A DNA stretch of 64,000 nucleotides from Chrysemys picta bellii (GCF_011386835.1 NC_088794.1:65596001-65660000); one strand, 5' to 3'. Counted from the stretch's first letter, positions 37,870 to 51,147 are shown. Notes: generated by a model not told the origin, from the letters alone. Made by a program: numbers and translations.

Positions 37870-38605
37870 GGGCTTGTCTACGTGGGAAAATTTACTAGTA
37901 TAATTATGTTGCTATCATTATACTAGAATAACACCTCTTGTGGACACTCTTATTCCTGAATAAGAATACCCTTTTCCACTTCAGCTTGGAAAAAAGGAGA
38001 CTGAGGGGGAAGGTATGATAGAGGTATATAAAATCATGAGTGGTGTGGAGAAAGTGAATTAGGAAAAGTTATTTATTTGTTCCCAAAATATAAGAACTAG
38101 GGGCCACCAAATGAAATTAATGGGCAGCAGGTTTAAAACAAAAGCAAGTTATTCTTCACACAGTGCACAGTCAACCTGTGGAACTCCTTGCCTGAGGAGG
38201 TTGTGAAGGCTAGGACTATAATAGGGTTTAAAAGAGAACTAGATAAATTCATGGAGGTTAAGTCCATTAAAAGCTATTAGCCAGGATGGGTAAGGAATGG
38301 AGTCCCTAGCCTCTGTTTGTCAGAGGGTGGTGATGGATGGCAGGAGAGAGATCACTTCATCATTGCCTGTTAGGTTCATTCCCTCTGGGGAACCTGGCAT
38401 TGGCCACTGTCGGTAGACAGGATACTGGGGTGGATGGACCTTTGGTCTGACCCAGTTGGGCCGTTCTTATGTTTAGCATATACTCCCACCAAAGTGACAC
38501 AAGGTTAACTGGAAAAAAACTTTTATTCTGGAATAAGGGTATCCACATGGGAAGTTATGTCAGTATAACAGTGGCAATGTAATTATGCTGGAAAACTTTC
38601 CTTTA
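37870..38605. mobile_element. Harbinger-like MITE interrupted by a CR1 fragment (right end uncertain)
   Basis: TAA|GGGCTTGTCTAC left end. Self-complementary CTTATTCCTGAATAAG / TTTATTCTGGAATAAG segments lie on either side of the CR1. Confidence 0.45.
37980..38473 (+). mobile_element. 5'-truncated CR1 LINE 3' end (second family)
   Basis: TTCAGCTTGGAAAAAAGGAGACTGAGGGG...ATAGAGGTATATAAAATCATG...GGCAGCAGGTTTAAAACAAA..., ending in CCGTTCTTATGTT, a CR1 tail. Confidence 0.85.
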
Positions 38606-38871
38606 CACTGGGATGCTAAATTGTTAAACCCACAGTCATTATGAGAGAGTTAACCTTGGAAAGTAGGATCTTTTACATTTTTCTTCTTATAGGGAGCTGA
38701 TCCAACAGTCACTCAGTGCTTGGAGCTCCTATTGAAGTCAATCTGTATGTTGCTTGGATTTACTTTTTAGTATTTACTTTTCAGTATTTATGCTGTTTTT
38801 AAAAAACAAACAATACAAAATAATAAAAAAGCAAACACACTACATTTAGGGCTCAAGCCTGCAAACACTTA

Positions 38872-39048
38872 GGGCTTGTCTACACTTACAGCTCTATGTA
38901 GCTTCTGTTAGCATAGGTTACTCCACCTCCCCGAGAGGCAGTGGACATAATGCTATCTACACTGGGAGTTAGTCTGGTAAAGTTCCGATTTTCCACATTG
39001 CTGAGCAACATAGATATACCAACATAAGTTTGTATTGTAGACCAGGGC
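38872..39048. mobile_element. PIF/Harbinger-type MITE
   Basis: TTA|GGGCTTGTCTACACT ... ATTGTAGACCAGGGC|TT. Confidence 0.65.
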
Positions 39049-39319
39049 TTGCACACCTGAACGTGTTTGCAAAATCAGGGCAGTGAAAACAGGCTAGTCA
39101 GTTTTATTTAGTCAGTGTCCGTTTCATTTTCTGGTGCTCATATAGTAGAACAATGGGATTTGAACTGCAAATATGGTCATTTTTACTTGCTTGCAAAAGG
39201 TCTGTTCCACTGTTTTTTTTTTTGTTTTTTTTTAAGTCATGGAAGCATTACTATTGCTCTTAAATTTTTAATCACTTATTTTATAAAATCAAAGTTTGGG
39301 ACCTGCCAGTATTCCTTTA

Positions 39320-39465
39320 ATTTCATTGTGCCTAAAATTCTTTATCTGTAAAGTGAGAATAACAGTGTTTATCTACCTCACAAGGACATTGTTAGGTTTA
39401 ATTCATTGTATGTAAAGGACCTCAAGATCCTTAAATGGGATGTGCCAGAGAAGTGAAAAGTATTC
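39320..39465 (+). mobile_element. MIR fragment
   Basis: GTGCCTAAAATTCTTTATCTGTAAAGTGAGAATAACAG...CTACCTCACAAGGACATTGTTAGG. Confidence 0.6.
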
Positions 39466-39642
39466 ATATTATTTTCATTTATAGCTCAGAGATTTGAATT
39501 TCATTATTAAAGTTCAAATTAGGACCCCAGTCCTGTAAGCACTTATACATGTGGAGAAGTTTAAAAACATCTGTAGTCATTCACACTATTCAGATGCTTA
39601 AAGTTAAGCATGGAGATAAGTGTTTGCAGGACTGGCGCCTAA

Positions 39643-39714
39643 GGGTGAAATCCTGGCGCTATTGAAATCAGTGGGAATTTTGTCATTGACTTCAGTGGGG
39701 TCAGGATTACACCC
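39643..39714. mobile_element. About 70-bp palindromic MITE (representative of a dispersed family)
   Basis: GGGTGAAATCCTG / CAGGATTACACCC ends enclose two ATTGA(A/C)(A/T)TCAGTGG boxes. Similar units lie at 15629-15700, 45706-45770, 49210-49288 and 54446-54518. Confidence 0.6.
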
Positions 39715-39832
39715 TTTGTTACATTGAGTATATTGTGCTAAACTCTCTTTAAAAAAGTATTCCCTCTGCTTTCTGTTTGTAAGGCACTTCACATCAATTT
39801 TAACATTGCAGCTTTATAAAGAGACTGCCTGT

Positions 39833-40107
39833 GATGGCATGTGGCGCATCAGCGACTGTCAGTAGTAAAAATCCCCAACGGCTGGAAATGGGACACTAGA
39901 AGGGGGAGGGCTCTGAGTTACTACAGAGAATTATTTCCTAGGTATCTGCCTAGGGGGTCTTGCCCACATGCTCAGCGTCTAACTGTTCACCATATTTGGG
40001 ATCAGAAAGGAATTTCCCCCCAGGTCAGATTGGCAGAGACCCTGGGGGGTTTTCACCTTTTTCTGCAGCATGGGGCCTGGGTCACTTGCAGGTTTAAACT
40101 AGTGTAT
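39833..40107 (+). mobile_element. Probable CR1-family 3' UTR fragment
   Basis: GGGAGGGCTCTGAGTTACTACAGAGAAT...AGGTCAGATTGGCAGAGACCCTGGGGG...GGTTTAAACTAGTGTA, recalled as a frequent turtle CR1-associated repeat; not verified. Confidence 0.45.
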
Positions 40108-43100
40108 GAAAGGAATCATGAGTCTGACTCACAGATTTTGCTGATCCACTAAGATTTATAAGAGACAAGAGCAAGCCAAATATGTGCTTTGCACCAGCTG
40201 ATGTCACCATCCAGATTGTTGGTCGTCCCAACATAGTACGGCCTGGAACAGCTCATTAAAAGGGGTTTGCTATTGTGAAAGGGCTCAATAGAAAAGTTGA
40301 CTGCCTCATGGGACCAGTATTCTCATCCCTACTGAATGTGGCACTTCCAAGGCCCTCCCCAGCATAGAACCCAGAAATACCAGGAAGGCAGGGATGTTGC
40401 TGTGGAGGCAGCAGACCCCTCCCCTCCGTTCATGCATGAAGAGTAGGATCAGGCAGGTACAATCTGACCTTTTGTTATCTGTATGTTTAGAGCTACTGCC
40501 TGATTGTTTCCGCAGAGGGGTAGGGAGGAGATGGCACTCCTTGTGGAACTGACAAGGGAGTTTGACTCCTGCATGCTTTGGATCTCCCAAGTTTGGCAGA
40601 GGCTCTGTACTTCAGCAGTGATTCCCGGCCTCTTATTTTATGTGTCTTTGCTTGAATTTCTCCATTAGAAAAGCAAACTCAAATGAGACTAAAGGAGAGC
40701 CCTGCAATGAGTGTATGTTTGTAATGTAACTGCACATAGCCTTCATGCTTGTTTCTTGCATGACTGTTTCAGAAACATCAAAACATTAGTGCAAGCATCA
40801 GTTTCAAATAATATTTTACACAATGACCCTCAAGTTTGGATTTCAAATCTTGAGCTACCAACATTTACAGAGGTTAAAACAAACAACTCACTGCTGAGCC
40901 AGCTGTGGAGCAGGAGCTCTGTTGTAGGGTCCTAGAAATTCAGGGCAGCATGTCTTCCCTCTCCTCAAATGGTACCTGAACGTTTTTGCTTATTTCTGAA
41001 TTCTGTAAAATGTCTTTCTCAGGATATGTTGACCCTAGGTAATAAAGCTTCTCAGACATGATAGAAAAATCATAGGGTAGGGGAATTTCTTGAAAGCATG
41101 TACCTTTTCAGAATGCTGCAAAGTTACTTATTCAGAGACATAATAAAATTTGGCCTAGGGGCTACCTGTGTTGTCACAAATGACAAGTGCTAGCTGAAAA
41201 AGTCAGCACCAGAGTCAGGCAGAGAATCTCCTGAGTGTCATAATGTGAATTAATTCACCTGTAAATCTCAGACCAGATTTTTCCAAGTCCCTAGAAAGGA
41301 TTCCAGTATGTACTAATCCTTGAAATATTGGCATATATAATCTGTGGGCCAAATTCAAATGAGATATAAGAAGGGGAAATCCCATTTATATCAGAGATGT
41401 TGTTCCTGCTTTACCATGCCTGATTTTGGCACCTCCCTCCCCCTGATTTTCTTTTGTTTCTCATTTGTTTTGTGCAGAGCTGTACAATATGCATAGACTA
41501 AGGATATTTTAAATGTACTTAGCAGCATTCATTCCAAAAGATCCTAAAGTGCTTCACTAACTATATACATATTACACCATGGAAATGCAGCCATCTGTGA
41601 GGTGGAGCGCAACAACCAACTGGAACATAACTCACTGTTCAACAGATAAAGAGGGTACATTTTGGCTAACGACACTAGGTACCCTATTCTTGCCATAATT
41701 TTTTAAATTTTGACGCAGAGCTGACAAGGCCTGAGTTCTTAAGGTTTGTCTGATGCAAATAAACAATATAAAGATAGCCTGCTGTGTTTTTGTTGCTTAT
41801 GTTTATAGGGCAAAGACATATCCAATACAGTGACCTTATTTATTGTGCAGCATTTTGGAATTTTGTACTAGTCCTCAGGAGAGGTAGTGACCAAAAGGGA
41901 AAATATGTATAAGTTAAAAACATTGTGACAGGAAGTGCTGTGTAATAAACACAACTGGATCTTTTATGGTTTTATTTCAGTGGACATTGCAAAACAAGAT
42001 TATAGAATCTAATACAATAGGTCCAGCATGCAAAGATGTACTTCCCCAAAGTTTAAAGCAGGACACTGAAAGTCAAGGTTCCTGGGGACCTGAGTTTTCA
42101 TTGTGTTAAGAGTTCCTTTATGCAGTCCATCAGAGTAGGGGCCATAAACCAACAGATCCGTCCAATAGGTACTATCCTTGCATAGTAGATCTATCTCTCT
42201 TGCAGCTGCTAGGGCAGGGGAGCATGTGTTGAGCAAGATGCATGTGGATGTGCTCTGACTATTCTTGGTCACTGGAATGTTGAGGCACTCGGGGACCGGA
42301 GCAGCCTATAGCTGGCCCCAGAATATAGGTAGCCCTTTTTATGCTTTGTGAAGCTCAGCTAGACCTGAGAATCAGGATCTTACCATCTTTTCCTGGTTCT
42401 TCCATTGACCTGTTAACACATGGATAGTCTTGTATCAAACAGCCTGTCTGTTCTTCCTATTCCCATGTCTAAAGTTAGAACGATACCACCCTATCTCACT
42501 AGGGTGTCCTTTTGTAAAGGATTTGGAGATCCTTAGATAAAAACATTTCTCAAAGGAAAATTTGAGGAAATATTCTGAAATGGGAAGAGCAAGAAGTTTT
42601 CTCCATAGACATGCTTCTTGTGTGTAATTTTAGATTTTATGGAAAAGTCAGCGCTGACAGGTTTTGTACTTTTCACTGACGGAAGAAATTTCTGCCCTTC
42701 TTTTTTATAATGTGCATATTTTAAACATGTATCATTATGTATACGGATAAAATAAGTAACAACAAGAAAACCAAACCCCTACCTTGTTTTTACCAAGAGA
42801 TTATTCTTCGCTTTTGAACTATTATACCATGGTATCTTGTAAGATTTATTTTTATCTCCATTTTTGTATTTCTTATTCCAAGCTCTTTCTTCTCTGTATG
42901 CTGCTTGACATTAGGGCTACAAAGACCCAAATAGATGTTGACAAGAAGAGATGGTACTGGAGGCTCCTTCACAGCAAAGCCCTGACTTATAGTACTGGGC
43001 ATTACCTTATATCCAGTACATTGGATTGAAAAGCACACAGCCATTCAGCAGTAACTAGTTCTGTCCCTTCCTAGGAGGGAGGATAGCTGCTGGGGAGGGG

Positions 43101-43213
43101 TTGAGAGAATGTGTATGAGAGAGGGACCTTATCTGATGCATTTATAAGCCAGGAACTTGCTAGTTACCACATTTACAGTTTCTGTGGCATAAGGAATTGA
43201 GTGCAGTGATTAA

Positions 43214-43508
43214 AGATAGGTACACACTACCCGCCTGATTCGGAGGGTAGAGATCGATCTTCTGGGATCGATTTATCGCGTCTCATCTGAACGCGATAAA
43301 TCAATCCCAGAAGCGCTCCCCCGTTGACTGCGGAACTCCTGCTCGCCGAGAGGAGGAAGCGCTGTTGATGGGGGAGCTTGCCTGCGCTGCGTGGACCCGC
43401 AGTAAGTAAACTTAGTTCGATCTAGGAAACGTCGACTTCAGCTATGCTAATCTCGTAGCTGAAGTTGCGTTTCCTAGATCGATCCCCTGCCTCAGTGTGG
43501 ACCAAGCC
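43214..43508. mobile_element. CpG-rich PIF/Harbinger MITE
   Basis: Right end AGTGTGGACCAAGCC. Internal hairpins GATTTATCGCGT / ACGCGATAAATC and ACTTCAGCTA / TAGCTGAAGT. Reverse-orientation relative of 55375-55659. Confidence 0.8.
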
Positions 43509-46500
43509 TGAGAGCAGCAGGGTCAGTACATTATTCCTAAATGTTTAGCTACTGTATCAGTTTGCAGGGAGGCAATGGTGCTACTACTGTACATTTTCCC
43601 TGGTACTCATGTTAGAGGACACAAAGCAAAAACTCACCAGGGTTCAATTATATTAGAATATCCATCTTTTGAATGTCATGTTTGCTTTTGACGAACAGTT
43701 GGAAACAAAGAACCCTTCTGTGAATCCTCAAATGCAGCAAGGCAATAAATGGTGAGGCTGTGAATTTTGGGAGAAACAGTAGTGTATTTGAAATTCAAAT
43801 TTCATGTAATTCAGAGTTTGTTGTAACTCAGGGCTCTGTCCTCCTCCCATCCCATTAAAGACAGTGGTAACACCCTCATTGGTTCCATTGGAGCAGAACC
43901 AGCCTCTAAGAGGCTATATAGCAATATTAGTAGATTAAAGGGACTCATCAACTTATCAGTCACACTTTTTAGTGGAATTCTTTTACCTGTGATTGTTACA
44001 AATAACACCTATGATTGCCATAACTAGCAAATATTTGGGGTGGAATGCAGGGGAGTCAACATTTTCAGTTTGTTTTCTTTGTGCATTTGATGGCAATTGT
44101 ATAGTGCAGCTGGTCAAAAAATGAAACAATTTTTGCAAATTCTTTTGAGTTCAAAATTTTGCTGAAAACATCAACATTTTGGGATTTTTTTGATCTGCTT
44201 TAATGTATGGGAAGTTTCAAACCTGGACTGCACACAGTTTTTGTATCAGTATAACTATGTTGGTTTAGGGTGTGGTTTTTCTTACTGAACAACACCTAGC
44301 TAGTATGGACTAAACTATAAGAACATAAAGATGTTATATACTAGTGTAGTTTATTCCCTTTCCCATGGGGATTAAACCATACAGATATAAGCATCTTTAT
44401 ACTAATATAACTGCATCCATACAAGGGGGGTGCTCTGCTTTAACTATATATAACTATATATATAAAACGTGTACAACTTTGGGTGTTTTTTCCTCAATGT
44501 AGTCAGCCAGTTTTTGGTTTCCTCTGTTGTTGCTGTGTGACAAACTTGCACAAAGAGGGGAGAGAATACATTTTAAAAAATTAATGTGACTAAAACCACA
44601 AAAATTGGGTGGGAGACCCAGAGATGTGTAAGCTCTGAAACTACTTTTAAACTCATTTTAAAAAAAGACTAGATTTCAAATAAATGGTATCCCCTTAGAT
44701 ACTACCTTGATTTTCCTTCCTCTTTTCATATGAAGAAGAGATGTTTGTGGTTTTGAAAAGAATGCCATTTTATATGCAGAACCTATATAGTGGTAGGATC
44801 GCTATATATAGATAGCTTGAGAAGAAGAACATTTTCACTTGTTGAGGTCTGATCCATATTGCAACCTCTTGGATCTTTTGGAGATTGTTTTACTTGCTTG
44901 TGCTAAGTTTCTAGACTATTTTGTCTACTAGGAATGTTATCATTATAATGAGGCAGCACAGATCAAATACAGCAATACAAGTTTGTAGATACCCTGTGAG
45001 AATTTAAAAAAAAAAAAAAAGAGAGAAAATAATAATCCACTGGGGTATTATTTATAATGTTTTTTCTTTTTTTTTTTCACTGTGACCTTTGATGGTATTT
45101 TTGCCAGACTATTTTGTATTGCCATATCTTGACAGTGCCACAGTATTAACGGAAGGAGGCACAGGCTTTGTTTATTTCGGAATCTGAGACACCATTTTGG
45201 CAACAAAACTAAGACCTTTAACTCTTGGAGTTTTCACCATTTGTTGTTAATTATCCAATCTTGTAAATTCAACGCCTTGGAGAAAAGGGTGTGTTTTGAA
45301 ATGTGTATGTAAGTAGAGCATTCAGTTTCTCGGGGCAAAAAGGAACAGGGAGTCCTAACGGTATTGCTTTCAAGGAAATTAAATGCTCTGGGTTTTTGTT
45401 TTTGTTTTTCAATCTGATTCAGCTAGATCCCATTAATACTGAGAGGATTTTACTGTAAAGAACCTTTGCAATTCAGCTATGGTCTAGATTAAAGAGAAAT
45501 CCCAATTTAAGTGAAAAATGAACTTTGCATTGTGTTGCTTTCCTGATGGTCTGTTCATGCTGTAATTATGTATTGTACGTGCAAGAACCATTGTTTCCAG
45601 CCACCTCTTCCTTTCGAAGCTGAAGACAACATGCTATAGAATGGCAAGAGGCTTTAGCTGCCCATCTTTTATGATGTGTTTATTTTGTCCAATATAGAAT
45701 TAAAGGGTTTGATCCAATGAAAGTCAATGGAAATTTTTCAAGTGACATAAATGAGCTTGCGATCAGGCCCTACATGAACTAGGAGCCATTAGCAGATTTC
45801 ATGCAAGAAATGACAATTTGCAGGGAAGATTTTACCTTGAGTCACACTATAAAGAAATAATGCAGTTTCCTTAGGCACAGTATGAAGGGCCACCACACCT
45901 CCTGTCTAATAAAATACAGAAGGAATGCAGGAAAATAGCAAGTGAAAAACACAATGATGTTAGGCAGGGAACAGAATAAATGGAAAATGAAAGATGAGCA
46001 AATGATTTGAAATAACCAGCAAGCAACCAGAGGAAAAAAATATTGGAATTAAGTATAGCTCTCTCTCCATGTCCTGCAGCTGTGCTTTGTGTGTCAGGAT
46101 TTTACTGTCTGCATATGAGTTTGAAGGCATTCCTGCTCTAGCATGAAATATAGTGATTGCATATGGCACACATTATTACTGAAGCTTTAATACCAGAGTC
46201 AATCTGAAGTTGTTTGTATTTTATTATTTCCTAAACAAAAGCTTTTTTCAGCTCTTAAGCCTCTAGTCTTGTGTCTTGTAGTTGCTCACAAGGGAATTTC
46301 TCAGTGCTGAACAAGGGCTTGTATGTTCACATACTCATGCAAGGTCATTTAAACCTTTCAGTGCCATGTCCAGAGCCTAACCACTTTAAAGACACACTAT
46401 TATTAATTATTATTTTATTCTTTACAGTTTTTCTTCTATTAAGCTTAGTGTGCTTGTGAAAGGTGCCAGGCTGACTGCACTGGGAGAAAAACCCACTCTC

Positions 46501-47944
46501 TACAGAGCTATTGTAGTTGCCATTAAAGCTTCCTTCATAGTGTCCAACAAATGACCCTCATCTCTTACTTCTTTCAGGATTGCAAGGGTAGATTCGGCTT
46601 CAAACCCATTGAGCCCTAGGCATTTCTTCAGAGAAAGCCAAATGTAATGGTTGCATTTGCAAAGCAGACACTCATCTATGAGGAAACAGACAGAGGCCAC
46701 TAACTTGTTTCAGGCAGGTTACCAACAACCCATCTGATTGTAAGGGTTTTTGTTGTTGTTTCTGTTTGTTTGTTTAAAGTCAGATTAGAAACAGTGATCT
46801 AAGTGAACAACCGCATGACCCATTACCAATTCCCCAAGCCATCTACTTCTGTGCAATATACTCTATATCCCTAGGACATAAGGATGTCTCAACTGGACCA
46901 ACAGGATGTTTCTAACTAATTTACGGATTTCATCTTTTTATTTTCCAACATGAAACTGAGTTACTCTGACTCATATGGTGATTAATTTCCCCTTTTCCCC
47001 AAACAAACAAGATCTTCTTGTAGCACTTGTTACATAAAGTGGTCACCTTTAAAAGTTTGCTAGTTTTGCCTTAGATTGATGGATAGGTAGTCTATGTACT
47101 GTTCCCTAATTTTCTAAGGGAATACCTACAATAGTGCAAATACAGTGTTAATATTACTTAGTTAACTGAAGCAAGTGTTTATGGGTGACCACTTTCTCAT
47201 ATGAAAGTTATATCATCATCAGATACGACAGGACACTTTAGGATCTTTAGGGTTGAGCTAGTGTAGTTCAGAGTCCAAGACAAGTACAATGAGTTTAACT
47301 CTTTGCACATTTTAAAGCTTACAAGTGCCGTTAAAAATTCAACATTTGCCACTCTGTAGTGGTTGTGGGTACCAACCACAGTGTCACCTAAGAAGTGAAA
47401 GGTTACTGCAGGGGTTGTCAAAGGTGAGATTTTGTAAATAGCATTCACTAAATGGTCCTCCCGGCAAGGTCATCATTTTAAGAACCATCACAATGGTGGA
47501 AAATTTTAAAAAAGATTATTTACAGTTTACAAAAAATGACTTACTTTTCTACTAGTTTTGTGTTCCTTCTGCTATTATTTGTGTTTGAATGAAAGTTTTC
47601 TGCTTCTTTATCCAGGGTCACATTTCCTGGATCCTGTGAGGAAGCCATAATGTTGTGTTTTAGAGATGAATTGCTTGTTAAAGACATAACTGGGATGTCG
47701 CAGAGTTAGTATTTAGATATCACAGCAAAATCAAGTTGAAAGTTCATATGGGCTGTAAGAGAGAGAAACTTTATTAACCACCCCAATATATCTTTTGATG
47801 ATTAGAAGAAGAGGCAGAGGCAATATTAAAAAACACTTGAAAGGTGTAAAGTATGATATATTAGTGAGTATTCCCCCAGTGTGAGAATCCCTTTTTAAAA
47901 TGGGGTGAAGAGAGAGACATCAATATTCAGGTCCCATTTAAATG

Positions 47945-48130
47945 AGAGACAAGGTGGGTGAGGTAGTAGCTTTGATTGGACCAACTCCTGTTGGTGAAGA
48001 AGACCTTATGTTGGTGAAAGAGACAAGCTTTTGAGTTTATACAGAAGTTGATCCAATAAAAGATATTACCTCACCCACCTTGTCTCTGTAATTTCCTGGG
48101 ACCAACACAGCTACAACAATTCTGCAAACA
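47945..48130. mobile_element. Penelope-like family 2 insertion, fold-back form
   Basis: AGAGACAAGGTGGGTGAGGTA ... TACCTCACCCACCTTGTCTCT inverted pair. 9-bp TSD ATTTAAATG at 47936-47944 and 48131-48139. Confidence 0.75.
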
Positions 48131-48952
48131 ATTTAAATGCGTCTGTAGTCTACATTATAAATATACACTGGATGCAGCGGAGAAAACCGGCACACTCTCT
48201 CAGGATGCTGTTAGGGCCAAGCAGAATCTCATTAGGGACAACTTCAAAGATCAGTTCCTCATGCCCATAAAAACAAGTGTAAATTATCTTGTGTGAGTCT
48301 GCTGTTAGCAGTTGCACTGTTACATTATGCATGATTCTAGACTGCACATGGTTTGTACAAACTGCACTATGTTCCATTAGTGTTTTTCATTTTTATGCTA
48401 AGCCTTGCAACTTAGCAATTTATTGGTGTTATTTTGGCTAATATATTATTTGACTTATAATTTCCAATACATTTGCTGTTAATAATGACACAATATCTAG
48501 AAAGGACTAACAAGGTTCTACAGAGGTTAAAAGAAATAAGACATACAGCTCACTCTGTTTTATTGACAGCTTCACCTGCTTTCTCATTCCACTGCTTCCC
48601 CAGTCATGGGTACAGATTTTGAAGGTAGTAACTGCTCTTGAGTGACTGTGTGTTTCAAATGAATCTAGAAATGCTTCTTGGGATACTGCACTGAGGCAAT
48701 TGACCTAAATATTTGTGAAAATAAAAAATACATTCAACCCTCATTAACTTGTACTGTAGCCATCCCACACACCCCATAATACACATAATACCAAAAGGAC
48801 AGTCTCTTACCACTAATCAGGAGAGACTTAAATGTAAAACAGCCTCTGTATACTATGGAGTTTTGCCATTCGCTTTGGTCGGACCAGGATTTGGCCCCAA
48901 GACTTCACTATCCTTTCAAATACACTGCATAATAGTTACTAATATGCCATGG

Positions 48953-49118
48953 TGACAGGTTTCAGAGTGGTTGCTGTGTTAGTCTGTATCAGCAAAAAGA
49001 ACAAGGAGTACTTGTGGCACCTTAGAGACTAACAAATTTATTTGGGCATAAGCTTTCAAAAGCTTATGCCTTAATAAATTTGTTAGTCTCTAAGGTACCA
49101 CAAGTATTCCTGTTCTTT
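48953..49118. mobile_element. Penelope-like insertion, fold-back centred on the AAGCTT palindrome
   Basis: ...GGGCATAAGCTTTC|AAAAGCTTATGCC... with an imperfect 12-bp TSD AATATGCCATGG / AAGATGCTATGG. Confidence 0.78.
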
Positions 49119-50209
49119 AAGATGCTATGGAATATTGTATTACATTTCTAAAAAAGAATGAAGTGCATTTTGTGATGTGGTGTCTTAATTTTTTTATACA
49201 GTTTGGTCACTTGGGGCTCAGTCCAACTCCCAGTGAAGTCAGAGGGATCCTTTCCATTCACTTTCTTTGAGAGCTGGATTGGGCCCTTAACTGGTAATTT
49301 CATAACTTCTAGTTGATCACTAGTGTATAGTTTACAGCTAGCTTTACAGGTATCAAACAAGATGCTCTTGCAAATTATGTCTAGGTTATGGGTTTACATG
49401 GTTGGTGATGGGTGGTTCAAAGAGGTCAACATTCAGTGTGCTAGTGAATTGTTTTGTAACATTACAGAACAAGGAGAAAGGATTTCCCACCATTGTCCAA
49501 ACCTACAGGAATCAGGACTCTGTCATGCAAGACAATTACCACATCCTTGAAGGCCTGATTCTGCATCTGTTGAGATCAGAGTGGGCATTTTAACACTGAC
49601 TTCCATGGGAACAGGGCAGGTCCCTAAGGCAGAGAGAGATCTGAGCTTCAGACCCTCTGGTTTCTTTGCCAGAGTCAGTGAAATCACAAGCACCTGAGAC
49701 AAATGTTAAAAAGAAACATCCCATTCTAAATGCCTGTTCTCATTCCTTTTACATGTGGCAGTTGTGGTGTCGCTCATTGTCAGGGAAACCAGGGCACCTA
49801 CAGCTCTTCTCAGAACCATGAGGCCAAATCATCTGCCTCTGCTCAGGCAAACTCTCATTGATTCCAGTGGACTGGCCATGGAGAAAGGATACATGTCAGA
49901 TTTCAAACATTAAGCCCTCTGGGGCTGTCTTATCTCTCCATCCTGAGCTATGCAGACTGTAATACCTTTCCACTGGGCTTCCTCTGAGGTGGGGATCCCC
50001 AGGGTCCGTGACAGAGCTGAGCTGCAAGCTGCCAGATCCCTGTCAACATGGTTCCGTTGGAGCTGTGCTGGTGGAACATGGTGAGGGAAAGGAGCCTTGA
50101 AACACCTGCCCTGACCTCTCTCTCTGTTTCCCTTGAGAACCATGTGGTGATATCCTCCTGTTTAGCTCTGTCCTCCAGTCTGATCATCCCCTCCCACAGG
50201 AAAACTGAA

Positions 50210-50470
50210 GTAGATCTAGTTTACATGACGAAAGGTTGGCTGGCATAGCTATACTGGTGTAACCATAGCAGTAAACCTTCCTAGGATAGACGCAGCTTAT
50301 ACCAAAAAATATGTATACTGGTTTGGTGAGTGAAATAAGCTATACCAACGAAGTGCTTTTATGCCTGTATCACTGCATCTATGCTAAAGCCTTTGCTGGT
50401 ATAAAAATGTGGCCAAAAAAAAAAAAAAAATCACACTCCTCACCAACACTGCTATGCTGTCTGAAGTTTC
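50210..50470. mobile_element. Degenerate Harbinger-like MITE
   Basis: CTAGTTTACATG...AGCTATACTGGTGTAAC...GCTTATACC...AGCTATACC, motifs typical of the family; ends degraded. Confidence 0.4.
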
Positions 50471-51003
50471 ATAATTACCTCCCTAACAGACAAATCCAGA
50501 GTTCTTTATTTAGGCAAACTCCCAATGACTTCAATGGTGTTAAAATATAGTTAGCCTGATCACTCCCTTCTACTTATCCAGGTGTAACTGAGCACATAAT
50601 TTGGTCGGTTGTCTTTATTTCTGTGACTAAAAAGAAGTTTACAAAAGGTCATTGGGTGTGTTATAGGTAACACTTACCAGTTGCCTGGGGAAGATGGTTA
50701 CATCCATAAATGCCTTTGTGATTGTTGAAAACCTGCATCTTTATGACATTTTTTAAGCTGTAACTTTCTTTTTAATTCAGCAGAATCCCAACAATTTCTG
50801 CATTATCTGAACCTAGAGTGATCAGTTTCATTCGGAGTTTAGTAAGAACAAGGTGGGAAGAAATGTTCACTTAACATAATAGTTCAAGCCTGAGTTTTAG
50901 ATGACCGTGGCAGATGACCTTTGAACTGGCCATAAGATAAGAAGCAACAGTGATAATCATGCTATAAGGTTACTAGTAAGGCATGAAGTAACATTTGGAC
51001 ATT

Positions 51004-51120
51004 AAGCATCAGGGGGTAGCAGTGTTAGTCTGTATCCACAAAAACAAGGAGTCCGGTAGCACCTTAAAGGCCAGATTTATTAAGCTTTCGTGGGTAAAAA
51101 ACCTAACTTCTTCAGATGCA
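51004..51120. mobile_element. Penelope-like short insertion (117 bp) with intact CUGAAGA core on the minus strand
   Basis: 11-bp TSD ATTTGGACATT at 50993-51003 and 51121-51131. Minus strand reads UGCAU CUGAAGA A GUUAGGU UUUUU ACCCAC GAA AGCUU A. The 3' strand of helix I has been lost by a small deletion. Confidence 0.8.
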
Positions 51121-51147
51121 ATTTGGACATTGGAGGTCTGATTCATA

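Noticed and set aside
40290-40590. Peptide LLPDCFRRG*EEMALLVELTREFD resembling an RT (D-L-x-x-AFD) motif
   Set aside because: The spacing is wrong and no other RT motifs flank it; it may be an old LINE fragment but I cannot support that.
7224-51120. Recurrent GGAGTACTTGTGGCACCTTAGAGACTAAC repeat as a CRISPR-like array
   Set aside because: Copies are dispersed kilobases apart with TSDs, not regularly spaced, and the genome is eukaryotic.
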